A stretch of 24,598 bases of DNA from an uncultured Bdellovibrionales bacterium (lineage in GTDB: Bacteria; Patescibacteriota; Minisyncoccia; Moranbacterales; DUUL01). The stretch is taken from the NCBI GenBank assembly GCA_964602335.1, contig CAZRQA010000003.1:1-24598 (forward strand), written 5' to 3'. This document shows positions 14,422-22,457 of this stretch, piece by piece. Both the position numbers and the translations under genes were made by a program. Positions within the stretch are counted from its first letter, which is position 1. Each line of letters starts with the position of its first letter. The notes under the pieces are model-generated. The model was not told the origin of the DNA, made no database searches, and worked only from the letters and a program-made list of their open reading frames with translations.

Positions 14422-17391
14422 ATGCCTAACGGATTAAAAAACAAAACAATAAAAAACTTTTATTTCTTTTTGATTTTAGTGTTGTTTTTTTCAGAAAATG
14501 TTTTTGCTCAATTTGATCCAACTCCTGACGTTCCAACTCCCGACAGCGGAGGAGGAATTTTTGGAGGCGGGCCCAGTATAAGCGTGGCAGGGGTTTTAGA
14601 TCAGATAGAAAAGAGATACGGATATGACAAAAATGTTTGGAGAAGAGGGAAGGTAAAAGCTTTTTATCCCAAAGTCGAACTTTTTTTTGATAAAACCAAT
14701 CCCAAAGAGGGAGAAATGGTTACTGCCAGCGCTATCCCGGCTTATTTTAGAAATACCTCCGAAAACTTATATTTTACTTGGTATATCGTTCACAAGGATG
14801 ATGCGGAAGACGGGGTTATTGATATAGAAGAAGCCAAAAGGGAAGCCATGGGAAAAGTGGCGAGGGGCAATTTTAATCCGGTTCTATTTGGAACAAGATA
14901 CGATAATGGTGGAGACGACCCCGATCATGACGGTTTTGATGCTCCAATAGGAGGAAAAGACGGAGTTGGAGCCAAGGATTCCCATGGGTGCGGCTCTAAA
15001 ACAAAAAGAAGCAACCCTTGTTTTGAGGATTATTGTTATATAGATGAACCCCGCCAATTAGTTGGAGCTTCATGTATTAGCCGATGTTATGAACATAATT
15101 TTGGCTTGCAATTTAATGCTGATTCCGAGGTAGATAAAATAGAAGGGGGAGAAGAGATAGCCTCTGGGAAAGATAGGATCATAGAATGCAAACACGATTT
15201 TGCTAAAGCAAAAAAAGGAGAAAAAGCGACTTTTAGTTATGAGGATGGCACAACAAAAACATATGAGTGCGATAAAAATTATAGAGTAGGAGATTCAAAT
15301 AAATTTACTACTAATGAGGAATTTTGCTGGAGATTAGATCCTGAAAACCCCGATACTGATGGAGATGGAATTGAAGATGAGGCTGATTTAGCTGGTTTAG
15401 CTCAAAATAGCTTTAGATGGGAGTATCAGGAGGGGGACTTGGTCGGGGTAATAGTGGAAGGAACTGCCCACGTTCCAACAAATGAAGGAAAAACACAAAA
15501 GCAAGCAAATGAATTAACAAGGGCGAATGAAGATGGAAATGTTTCGTTGGGTTCGGCTAATGCTAGCGCTTCAGCTACTGGCGGATCCAATAATTCTGGC
15601 GGATCTGCTAATGCTAGCACTAGTGTAGATCTAGGTTTTGATGTAAGTGATACAGCTGAAGCGCTTGGCGGGTATGATGCTCCAGCTGATGAAGAAGATT
15701 TAGCTGCTGATACCAGTGCGTTAACGCCTTATTATAAAATAATGTGGGCTGGAATTGAAATTTGCAATGAACATAATGACGGCCTTTTTGTTGGGGATAA
15801 TTGCGATGACGAGCATGATTATGGCTATCACTTTTACGCCCTAAAGCCGGTAAATGAGGAAGCTGATTCACTTATTGAAAATGAAATAAATTATAAGCCT
15901 ATTAATCCCCAATTCGATAGCGTGGACGAAGAATATTCAGACACAATTGAGTTTAATTCAACCTTAATAAATGAAACTCTGAATACCAATTTTGTTTACT
16001 ATGAATGGGACATCTTTAGGTGTAAAGATGGTGATATTGAAAATTGTCCAGGTTTAGGAAAGGATCTAGACGAATACGTTAATTTAACCAAAAGATGTGA
16101 ACACGGAGACTTATTAGAAGAATGCACCAAGCAGTGCGTTAACCAGGATGGAAAAATTATTGGTTATAATAATTGTAATGAAAGCGAATTAGTAAAGGTT
16201 TTAGAATCAGACAGTCATGTTCAGGGAATGGGAGTTAATGAAATTAAATTCAAGCCCAAAAAACCCTTAATAGAAGAAGACAGGCAGTATTTCAATGTTT
16301 TTTTAAAGACAAAGCACTTTAAAGAAGAACAAAAATATTTTGTTTCCAGAAAATCAGTACCAGTGACTAAAAATAACCTAAAAATAAAATTATACAAAAC
16401 AAAAAAACTGGAAAACGGCAAGTATGGCTTTGATTCAGAAGAGGATGAAATATGCAAGGAAGGCCTGTATAAAACTATGTGCCCCGTTTTCCCTTACCAG
16501 GTTTTAGCTGCTAAAGCCGAATTTCAAGGTGAGCCGGAAGATGATGTAACTTACAATTGGAAATTGGGAGAAAATTTAATAAGCCCACCATTGGATTGCG
16601 AGGATTCATTTCAAGAAAAATATTGTGATTTAGATGAGGTTATTTATTTTCCAATTTTAGAAGAAAATAAGTCCATCAACACTATTGGAGTAGTAGCCAA
16701 GAGAGGGGATATAATAGAGGGAGACAATGGAGAAGATTTAATTTCCCAGAGAATATTTTCCATTAATCCTCCCGCGGCGGCAATTAAAACCCAAAACCCA
16801 GAGACCGCTTGGCAGTCTAAACTGTACGATGAGACGGAAGGAGTTAATTTTTTTGAAACTGAGCCTGGCAATAAAGTGGAATTTAAAGCTTCCATGATAC
16901 CTGATTATTTAGAAATAGGCGAGGATGTTTATTTGGACTGGTATTTAAATGGGACAAAAGTTACGGAAGATTTCATTAAAGAAATTCCAGAAATGGAGAT
17001 AGAATTCAAAGAAGATCAAAAGGTGATAAATTATAAAGTGTTAGGAAAAATTGGTAACAATAGCAGTTTAAGCATAAAAACAAGAAAATTATTTTCTTTT
17101 GATGAGCTTAGGCTGTTACAAAAGAATTGGGATGTTTTAGATGTGGACCCGCTTGAAAAAGAAAACTCGATTACTATTAAAAAAATTTATAATCCGGCCA
17201 ATGAAGAAGAAAATAATTTAGCCAATAACACAGAGTCATTAAAATTGTTTTTTGCCTCTACGGTTAAAAATGCTCCGGGATATTTGATTTTTACTTTAAG
17301 ATTGTCAGTAATGTTGATGATTATTTGGGGAATTATTCTTGGGGCAGATTACATAGTTTCACGGCCAATCAAAAGCGACTCTAAGAAATAA
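14422..17391 (+). CDS. Large secreted, C-terminally anchored Cys-rich surface protein (adhesin-like)
   Basis: Signal peptide ending VFA-Q; 20 Cys; DPENPDTDGDG Ca-binding motif; repeated Y-x-W strands (YFTWY, YYEWD, TYNWK, YLDWY) suggestive of Ig/PKD-like domains; C-terminal TM followed by a short basic tail. Confidence 0.75.
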   Translation: MPNGLKNKTIKNFYFFLILVLFFSENVFAQFDPTPDVPTPDSGGGIFGGGPSISVAGVLDQIEKRYGYDKNVWRRGKVKAFYPKVELFFDKTNPKEGEMVTASAIPAYFRNTSENLYFTWYIVHKDDAEDGVIDIEEAKREAMGKVARGNFNPVLFGTRYDNGGDDPDHDGFDAPIGGKDGVGAKDSHGCGSKTKRSNPCFEDYCYIDEPRQLVGASCISRCYEHNFGLQFNADSEVDKIEGGEEIASGKDRIIECKHDFAKAKKGEKATFSYEDGTTKTYECDKNYRVGDSNKFTTNEEFCWRLDPENPDTDGDGIEDEADLAGLAQNSFRWEYQEGDLVGVIVEGTAHVPTNEGKTQKQANELTRANEDGNVSLGSANASASATGGSNNSGGSANASTSVDLGFDVSDTAEALGGYDAPADEEDLAADTSALTPYYKIMWAGIEICNEHNDGLFVGDNCDDEHDYGYHFYALKPVNEEADSLIENEINYKPINPQFDSVDEEYSDTIEFNSTLINETLNTNFVYYEWDIFRCKDGDIENCPGLGKDLDEYVNLTKRCEHGDLLEECTKQCVNQDGKIIGYNNCNESELVKVLESDSHVQGMGVNEIKFKPKKPLIEEDRQYFNVFLKTKHFKEEQKYFVSRKSVPVTKNNLKIKLYKTKKLENGKYGFDSEEDEICKEGLYKTMCPVFPYQVLAAKAEFQGEPEDDVTYNWKLGENLISPPLDCEDSFQEKYCDLDEVIYFPILEENKSINTIGVVAKRGDIIEGDNGEDLISQRIFSINPPAAAIKTQNPETAWQSKLYDETEGVNFFETEPGNKVEFKASMIPDYLEIGEDVYLDWYLNGTKVTEDFIKEIPEMEIEFKEDQKVINYKVLGKIGNNSSLSIKTRKLFSFDELRLLQKNWDVLDVDPLEKENSITIKKIYNPANEEENNLANNTESLKLFFASTVKNAPGYLIFTLRLSVMLMIIWGIILGADYIVSRPIKSDSKK

Positions 17392-17399
17392 AAAACTGC

Positions 17400-18587
17400 A
17401 TGAAAATTTTATTTAATAAAAAAAACATCAAACTATTTTCTTTATTTCTGTCTTTTGCTTTCTTTATTATTGTTTTTCTTGTCTGCAATTTAAGCCTTGT
17501 TAAACAGAACGCAGGTTTTTCATTGACTTTTTCAAAAAATCAAGTACTGGCAGCCGATCAATCGAATAGTGGATCTTATGAAATGTTTGAAAAGATTCCC
17601 GGGCAAGATCCTGCCAAGAATTTGTTAGAATATCTGGATACTCTTTATAAATTTGGCATTGCCATTTCCGCTATTTTGGCTTTTGTAATGATTTCTATTG
17701 CTGCTTTTACTATCATGGTCAGCGGTGCTGGTAATGCTTCCAAGATTGTTGATGCCAAATCGATGATTGGAGACGCCGTGCTCGGCTTGGTTATAGCCTT
17801 AGCCGCTTATTTATTTTTGTATGTTATTAATCCAGATTTTGTTTCCGCTACCAAAGAGAAACAGAAAACAGTCGGTGAGATGACTCATGATGAAAGCGAC
17901 CAACCATCTAGTGTTTCGAATAAGGAAGGTTATTCCAAAGCCTGCCCCAAAGGCGAAGAAAGTGATAGTCCAATTGATTATGGAAAATCCAAAGAAGAAG
18001 AACAAAATTTTGGTGGTGATTGTAGCAATAAAAAAATGAACGAATCTTTTGAAAAATTTGGTGAATCATTAAACCAATCAGGCGTCCCCAGAATAGATGG
18101 TGCTTGCCTTTTAAAAACTATTGCCCACCTGGAAACCACTTGCGGCGCAAATGGCAAGGAAAAACGTCCCAAAGAACTAAAAGACGGGACAACGGTGTAT
18201 GTTTGCAGTTTAATGCAATTAAGAGAATCTACTGCCATAGAATTGGGCCATACTGACGGATGCGACGAAGAATTAGTAAAAGATGATGAATTGGCGATAA
18301 GATTAGCTACTGATTATATAAAAAAACATTTAAGCAGTGTTAGCAGCCTAGAGAGTTATAATAAAATTGCAGGCTTATTAGCGGGATACAATAGCGGCTA
18401 TGCCACTTCTGTGCCAGAAGGAAAGCCTAAGAGCGCCCTTTGTGATAGCAGTGATTGTCCGGGAGAGAAAGCCTTTGAGTGTTGCATAAATCCGGTCAGG
18501 CTGGATGAATCAATTAGTCATGCTTGGAACGGAGTAGGCCTTTATAAGCAATGCACTGGAGCTCACTGGACAGAAGAAGAGCAATAA
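17400..18587 (+). CDS. VirB2-like pilin fused to a C-terminal lytic transglycosylase (SLT/lysozyme-like) domain
   Basis: Residues ~60-148 form a pilin hairpin (IPG..LLEYLDTLYKFGIAISAILAFVMI..SGAGNASKIVDAKSMIGDAVLGLVIAL..YVINPDFV). C-terminal TIAHLET (Glu245), SLMQL, AIRLATDYI and AGYNSG follow the order of SLT motifs I-III. Confidence 0.75.
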   Translation: MKILFNKKNIKLFSLFLSFAFFIIVFLVCNLSLVKQNAGFSLTFSKNQVLAADQSNSGSYEMFEKIPGQDPAKNLLEYLDTLYKFGIAISAILAFVMISIAAFTIMVSGAGNASKIVDAKSMIGDAVLGLVIALAAYLFLYVINPDFVSATKEKQKTVGEMTHDESDQPSSVSNKEGYSKACPKGEESDSPIDYGKSKEEEQNFGGDCSNKKMNESFEKFGESLNQSGVPRIDGACLLKTIAHLETTCGANGKEKRPKELKDGTTVYVCSLMQLRESTAIELGHTDGCDEELVKDDELAIRLATDYIKKHLSSVSSLESYNKIAGLLAGYNSGYATSVPEGKPKSALCDSSDCPGEKAFECCINPVRLDESISHAWNGVGLYKQCTGAHWTEEEQ

Positions 18588-18588
18588 A

Positions 18589-18616
18589 TTGTATCCTTGT
18601 ATCCTCTTAATATAAT
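18589..18616 (+). promoter_or_regulatory. Sigma70-type promoter candidate with tandem 8-bp repeat
   Basis: TTGTAT (18589-18594), 16 bp, TATAAT (18611-18616); TTGTATCC is tandemly duplicated at 18589-18604. Confidence 0.4.
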
Positions 18617-18654
18617 ATTCTTTTTTGATTAGATAAAAGAATTAATTTTAGATT

Positions 18655-19806
18655 ATGATTAAAAAGATATTTTTAATATCTTCTATTTCATTTTTAATCT
18701 TGGGCTTGGTTTTTTTGTTTTTGAAGTTTTTTTTCAAGGGCGATTTTAGTTTTTTTAATAAAAATCAGCCAGAAAAGGTTAGTGTTTCAGAAAAAGAAAA
18801 AGAGAGTCCATCCCTAAGAGAAGAGGCCGTTGCCGAAAAAAATAAAGAAAAAATAAAGCAGGTAATCACTGGAAATTTAGTTTCTGCTACCATTAAATTT
18901 CCAGAAAACGATATTTATTATTTTCATAATAATAATTTTTTAAAATTTAATAGCAGTACAACATCCCCAATTTCTCTTGCCAGCCATCCTTTCAAAGAAA
19001 TTAATTACATAAACTGGTCTTTTCAAAAAGATAAAGCTTTAATAAGGGATGGCTACAAGTTTTATGTTGTTTTTTTAGAGGAAAATAAAATTTCACCTAT
19101 TGAAAAAACAATGGATATAGCTGTTTTTAATCATTATGGAGATAAACTAGTATTTAAGGACTACAACAAAGAAACCCAAAAAAGAAATATTAAGTTGTTG
19201 GATTTAACTACTAACAAAGAAGAGTTATTGACAAACATAAAAGAAAGGAAGATTTCTTTAAAAAGAAACCCCAATCAAAATGAATTTTTATCTTTTGCCT
19301 ATCCTAGCGCTTTTCAGAAAACGAATAGTTTTTTGTTTGATTTAGTGACTAAAGAAAAAAAACAAGTGCTTGAAAATAAACAAGGAGTTAATTTTTTATG
19401 GTCAACTAAAGGCGATAAACTGCTTTTTTCTTACACATTAGAGAATGATAAAAGTAAAATGGAATTAGCAATTATGAATAAAAACGGAGGAGAGGTGGGG
19501 AATTTAAATTTCCCTACGATGGTTGATAAATGCGTGTGGTCTAAGGATAATATTAATGTCTATTGTGCGGCACTAACAGACACAGAAGCGACTGCGGTTT
19601 TGCCAAATGATTGGCTGAAAAGGAGTTTTAAAAACAAAGACGTTTTTTGGAAGATTAACACCATTAGCGGTAAAAAAGAAAGAATTTTAGAGCTGAAAGA
19701 CATAAAAAAGAATTATGATGGATATAATTTTTTTGTCGACCAAGAAGAGGAAAATTTATTTTTTATTAACAAGCGAGACAAAAGCCTATATAAAATTATT
19801 TTGTAG
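18655..19806 (+). CDS. Membrane-anchored beta-propeller protein (TolB/WD40-like)
   Basis: Single N-terminal TM, then recurring blade-like motifs (WSFQKDKALI, FNHYGDKLVF, WSTKGDKLLF, WSKDNINVYC). Confidence 0.65.
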   Translation: MIKKIFLISSISFLILGLVFLFLKFFFKGDFSFFNKNQPEKVSVSEKEKESPSLREEAVAEKNKEKIKQVITGNLVSATIKFPENDIYYFHNNNFLKFNSSTTSPISLASHPFKEINYINWSFQKDKALIRDGYKFYVVFLEENKISPIEKTMDIAVFNHYGDKLVFKDYNKETQKRNIKLLDLTTNKEELLTNIKERKISLKRNPNQNEFLSFAYPSAFQKTNSFLFDLVTKEKKQVLENKQGVNFLWSTKGDKLLFSYTLENDKSKMELAIMNKNGGEVGNLNFPTMVDKCVWSKDNINVYCAALTDTEATAVLPNDWLKRSFKNKDVFWKINTISGKKERILELKDIKKNYDGYNFFVDQEEENLFFINKRDKSLYKIIL

Positions 19807-19936
19807 CCTGTGGCTGTATTAGCGAGAAGATTTGTAATCAAAGGCGGAGTTGTCTAATAATGTTATATTTTTTATTTTGAAGTCGATTTCCAAAGGGGAG
19901 TCGATTTGTATTTGTAATTATTTTTATTTAAATAAA

Positions 19937-20638
19937 ATGAAGCTAGGCGGCTTGCAAAAAATTTCCTTAATAGATTATCCGGGCAATATAGCGTGTACTG
20001 TCTTTACTGTGGGTTGCTGTTTTAGATGCCCCTTTTGCCATAATCCAGAACTGGTTTTGCCGGGCATAGGGAAAATGGGTTCAATTTCAGAGAAAGATTT
20101 TTTTGTTTTTCTTAAGCAAAAAAAACGTAAATTGGACGGAGTTTGTATTACCGGCGGAGAACCGACTATTCAGCCGGATATTATTAAATTTATAGAAAAA
20201 ATAAAAAAACTTGGTTACCAAGTAAAATTAGACAGCAATGGGGCTAGGCCGGATGTAATTTCAAAATTAATAAAAAATAATCTGGTGGATTATATAGCGA
20301 TGGACATAAAAAATTCTTTAAAAAATTACAACAAGGCTTGTGGCAGAGATGTTGACCTAGAAAGAATAAAGTTAAGCGTAAATTTAATAAAAAGATTTAA
20401 ATTTGGTTATGAATTTCGCACCACTGTTGTGCCGGGAGTTCATAAATATGAAGATTTTAGGCTTATTGCTGAATGGCTCAAAGGCTCAAGGCTTTATATT
20501 TTGCAGGCCTACCAGGATCAAGGAAAAATTTTAAAAGAAAATCAGCGAGAATTATTCAAAACTGCTCCTTCTTTAGATTTTAATAAGATAAAAAAAATTT
20601 TAGGGGAGAGCTTTAAAAAGGTAGAAGTAAGGGATTAA
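19937..20638 (+). CDS. nrdG: Anaerobic ribonucleoside-triphosphate reductase activating protein (radical SAM)
   Basis: MKLGGLQKISLIDYPG..VFTVGCCFRCPFCHNPEL (CxxxCxxC), GVCITGGEPT, VKLDSNG, YIAMDIK, EFRTTVVP. The ATG at 19937 is preferred over the TTG at 19850. Confidence 0.88.
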   Translation: MKLGGLQKISLIDYPGNIACTVFTVGCCFRCPFCHNPELVLPGIGKMGSISEKDFFVFLKQKKRKLDGVCITGGEPTIQPDIIKFIEKIKKLGYQVKLDSNGARPDVISKLIKNNLVDYIAMDIKNSLKNYNKACGRDVDLERIKLSVNLIKRFKFGYEFRTTVVPGVHKYEDFRLIAEWLKGSRLYILQAYQDQGKILKENQRELFKTAPSLDFNKIKKILGESFKKVEVRD

Positions 20639-20643
20639 TTTTA

Positions 20644-20901
20644 ATGAAATTAAGAGCCAAGGTTTCTACAAATTCCAGTTGTAACAAAATAGAACGGCTT
20701 AACCAAAATAATTACAAGGTATGGCTGACACAAAAACCTTTTAAAAATAAAGCTAACCAGCAGTTAGTCCAATTTTTAGCTGAATATTTTCAAGTTCCAA
20801 GAGTAGCGGTAAAAATTTTAAAGGGAATGCGCTCAAAAAACAAACTGATTCAAATATTAAATTCAAACAAGGAAAAGCAGCAAAAGCGCCTTAAAGATTA
20901 A
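20644..20901 (+). CDS. DUF167/UPF0235 (YggU-like) protein
   Basis: 85 aa; KVWLTQKPFKNKANQQLVQFLAEYFQVPR..VKILKGMRSKNKLI matches the family pattern. Confidence 0.85.
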   Translation: MKLRAKVSTNSSCNKIERLNQNNYKVWLTQKPFKNKANQQLVQFLAEYFQVPRVAVKILKGMRSKNKLIQILNSNKEKQQKRLKD

Positions 20902-20913
20902 ATTTTTAAAAAA

Positions 20914-22395
20914 TTGAGTAAAAATTTTGGAAAATTTTTCTACTGCCTTTTGTTTTTTTATATCTTGGGGATATTTATCGGTAATTTTTACCAATTTCCC
21001 TTTTATTTTATTATTATTTTTTTAAGCTTAGGCCTGGCCTTTTTAGCAGCCAATTATAAAAATAAAAAGAATTTATTAATATTTTTTATTTTAACAGGGC
21101 TAATTTTAGGAAACTTAAGAACAACAAAAGAGTTAAATTTTATTTCTGGTCTGCCGGAAAAGCAGCTAAAGTTTTCAGGTCATGTCCTGATTAGCCAATT
21201 TCCCAAACAAAAAGAAGATTACCAGCAGCTTATAGTTTGCCCTCTTGAAGGAAAACAAATAAAAAATTGCAGAAAAAATTTTTTAATTTATGCCTCAAAA
21301 TACAAAGAAGTTGGATTAGGCGATATTTTTAAAATCAATTGCCTACTGGAACAGCCAGAAAATAGGTTTGGCAATTTTAATTATCAGTTTTTTTTGGCTA
21401 ACAAAAAAACTTATTTTATTGGCAAAAAAATTGAATTTCAAGAAATAAAAGAAAAAGATTTTTCTATTCCCCTTAAAATTCAAGCTAAAATTTTTGTCTT
21501 TAAAAAACTATACGCAGTTCGTCAATTTTTAGAAGAAAAAATCAATTTAATATTTTCCCAGCCTCAGAGCGGATATTTAGCTGGTCTTTTATTGGGAGGC
21601 GAGGATCGGTTGCCTAAGCAAGTAGCGGAAAATTTTCGCAAAACCGGTACTACTCATACCGTAGCCGTTTCCGGCTTTAATATAACCATTATTGCGGAAT
21701 TTTTAATTTTATTAGCCATCGCCGTTGGCTTTTGGAGAAAACAAGCTTTTTGGATTGCTTTAATGGGAATTATTTTATTTGTAATTATGATAGGCGCTCC
21801 TTTTTCAGCCGTCAGGGCGGCCGTAATGGGCGGAATACTGCTTTGGGGCAGCTGCAAAGGAAGACTATCTAAGTCTTATTATGCTGTTCTTTTTGCGGCG
21901 GCCGTTATGTTGACTTTTTCTCCCTTGGCTCTTTTGTACGATGCCGGCTTCCAGCTTTCCTTTTTAGCTACCCTGGGAATAATTTTTATTTATGGCCCGT
22001 TATCCAAAAAATTTCAAATAAAAAATGATTTCCTGGGATTAAAGTCAATCTTGTTGGTTACTATTTCTGCTCAACTAGGAGTCTTGGGAATAATAATATA
22101 TAATTTTGAAGCTTTTTCTATTTCCTCCTTGCTAGTGAATATGATTATTCTTCCCTTAATTCCAGTCATTATGCTTTTGGGTTTTATAACGGTAATAATA
22201 GGCTTTTTTTCTTTATTCTTAGCCCAAATTGTAGGTTTTCCGGCTTGGCTGTTTTTATTTCTTGAAATAGAAATAGTCAATTTTTTTGCTAAAATGGACC
22301 GGTTATTAATAGAATTCAAAGATATTAGCTGGGTTTGGCTGGCTGGCTACTATTTATTTTTTTTATTGCTAGTTGTTTTTTTAAAGAAAAAATAA
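20914..22395 (+). CDS. comEC: ComEC/Rec2 DNA uptake channel (no metallo-beta-lactamase domain)
   Basis: TTG start; N-terminal TM pair and OB-like region, GLLLGG, GTTHTVAVSGFNI, GAPFSAVRAAVM, DAGFQLSFLAT, LLVNMIILP; ends after the TM domain. Confidence 0.92.
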   Translation: MSKNFGKFFYCLLFFYILGIFIGNFYQFPFYFIIIFLSLGLAFLAANYKNKKNLLIFFILTGLILGNLRTTKELNFISGLPEKQLKFSGHVLISQFPKQKEDYQQLIVCPLEGKQIKNCRKNFLIYASKYKEVGLGDIFKINCLLEQPENRFGNFNYQFFLANKKTYFIGKKIEFQEIKEKDFSIPLKIQAKIFVFKKLYAVRQFLEEKINLIFSQPQSGYLAGLLLGGEDRLPKQVAENFRKTGTTHTVAVSGFNITIIAEFLILLAIAVGFWRKQAFWIALMGIILFVIMIGAPFSAVRAAVMGGILLWGSCKGRLSKSYYAVLFAAAVMLTFSPLALLYDAGFQLSFLATLGIIFIYGPLSKKFQIKNDFLGLKSILLVTISAQLGVLGIIIYNFEAFSISSLLVNMIILPLIPVIMLLGFITVIIGFFSLFLAQIVGFPAWLFLFLEIEIVNFFAKMDRLLIEFKDISWVWLAGYYLFFLLLVVFLKKK

Positions 22396-22398
22396 TGC

Positions 22399-22427
22399 TT
22401 GTTAATTACTTTAATCTTGATTATAAT
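22399..22427 (+). promoter_or_regulatory. Sigma70-type promoter candidate
   Basis: TTGTTA (22399-22404), 17 bp, TATAAT (22422-22427), upstream of the antiporter. Confidence 0.4.
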
Positions 22428-22457
22428 TAAAACAATTATGAATTAAAAAAATAAAAA

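Larger units (their letters stand above)
4756..18587 (+). other. Type IV secretion-like gene cluster (monoderm/CPR type), 11 co-oriented genes
   Basis: VirB6-like, PrgI-like, TrsD-like, VirB4 and VirB2-like pilin genes with intergenic gaps of 4-72 bp; promoter-like motifs at both ends. Confidence 0.85.

Noticed and set aside
4756-18587. Interpretation as an integrative conjugative element or integrated plasmid
   Set aside because: No integrase, relaxase, flanking tRNA or direct repeats seen; it sits among core genes next to oriC.
19804-19860. tRNA-Thr-like fragment (GATTTGTAATC resembles an anticodon arm)
   Set aside because: No GTTCRA T-loop, no acceptor stem, and only 2-3 bp of anticodon stem.
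19850-19936. 29-aa N-terminal extension of NrdG given by the ORF track
   Set aside because: Family similarity begins at MKLGGLQK (ATG 19937); the extension starts at TTG and looks non-coding.
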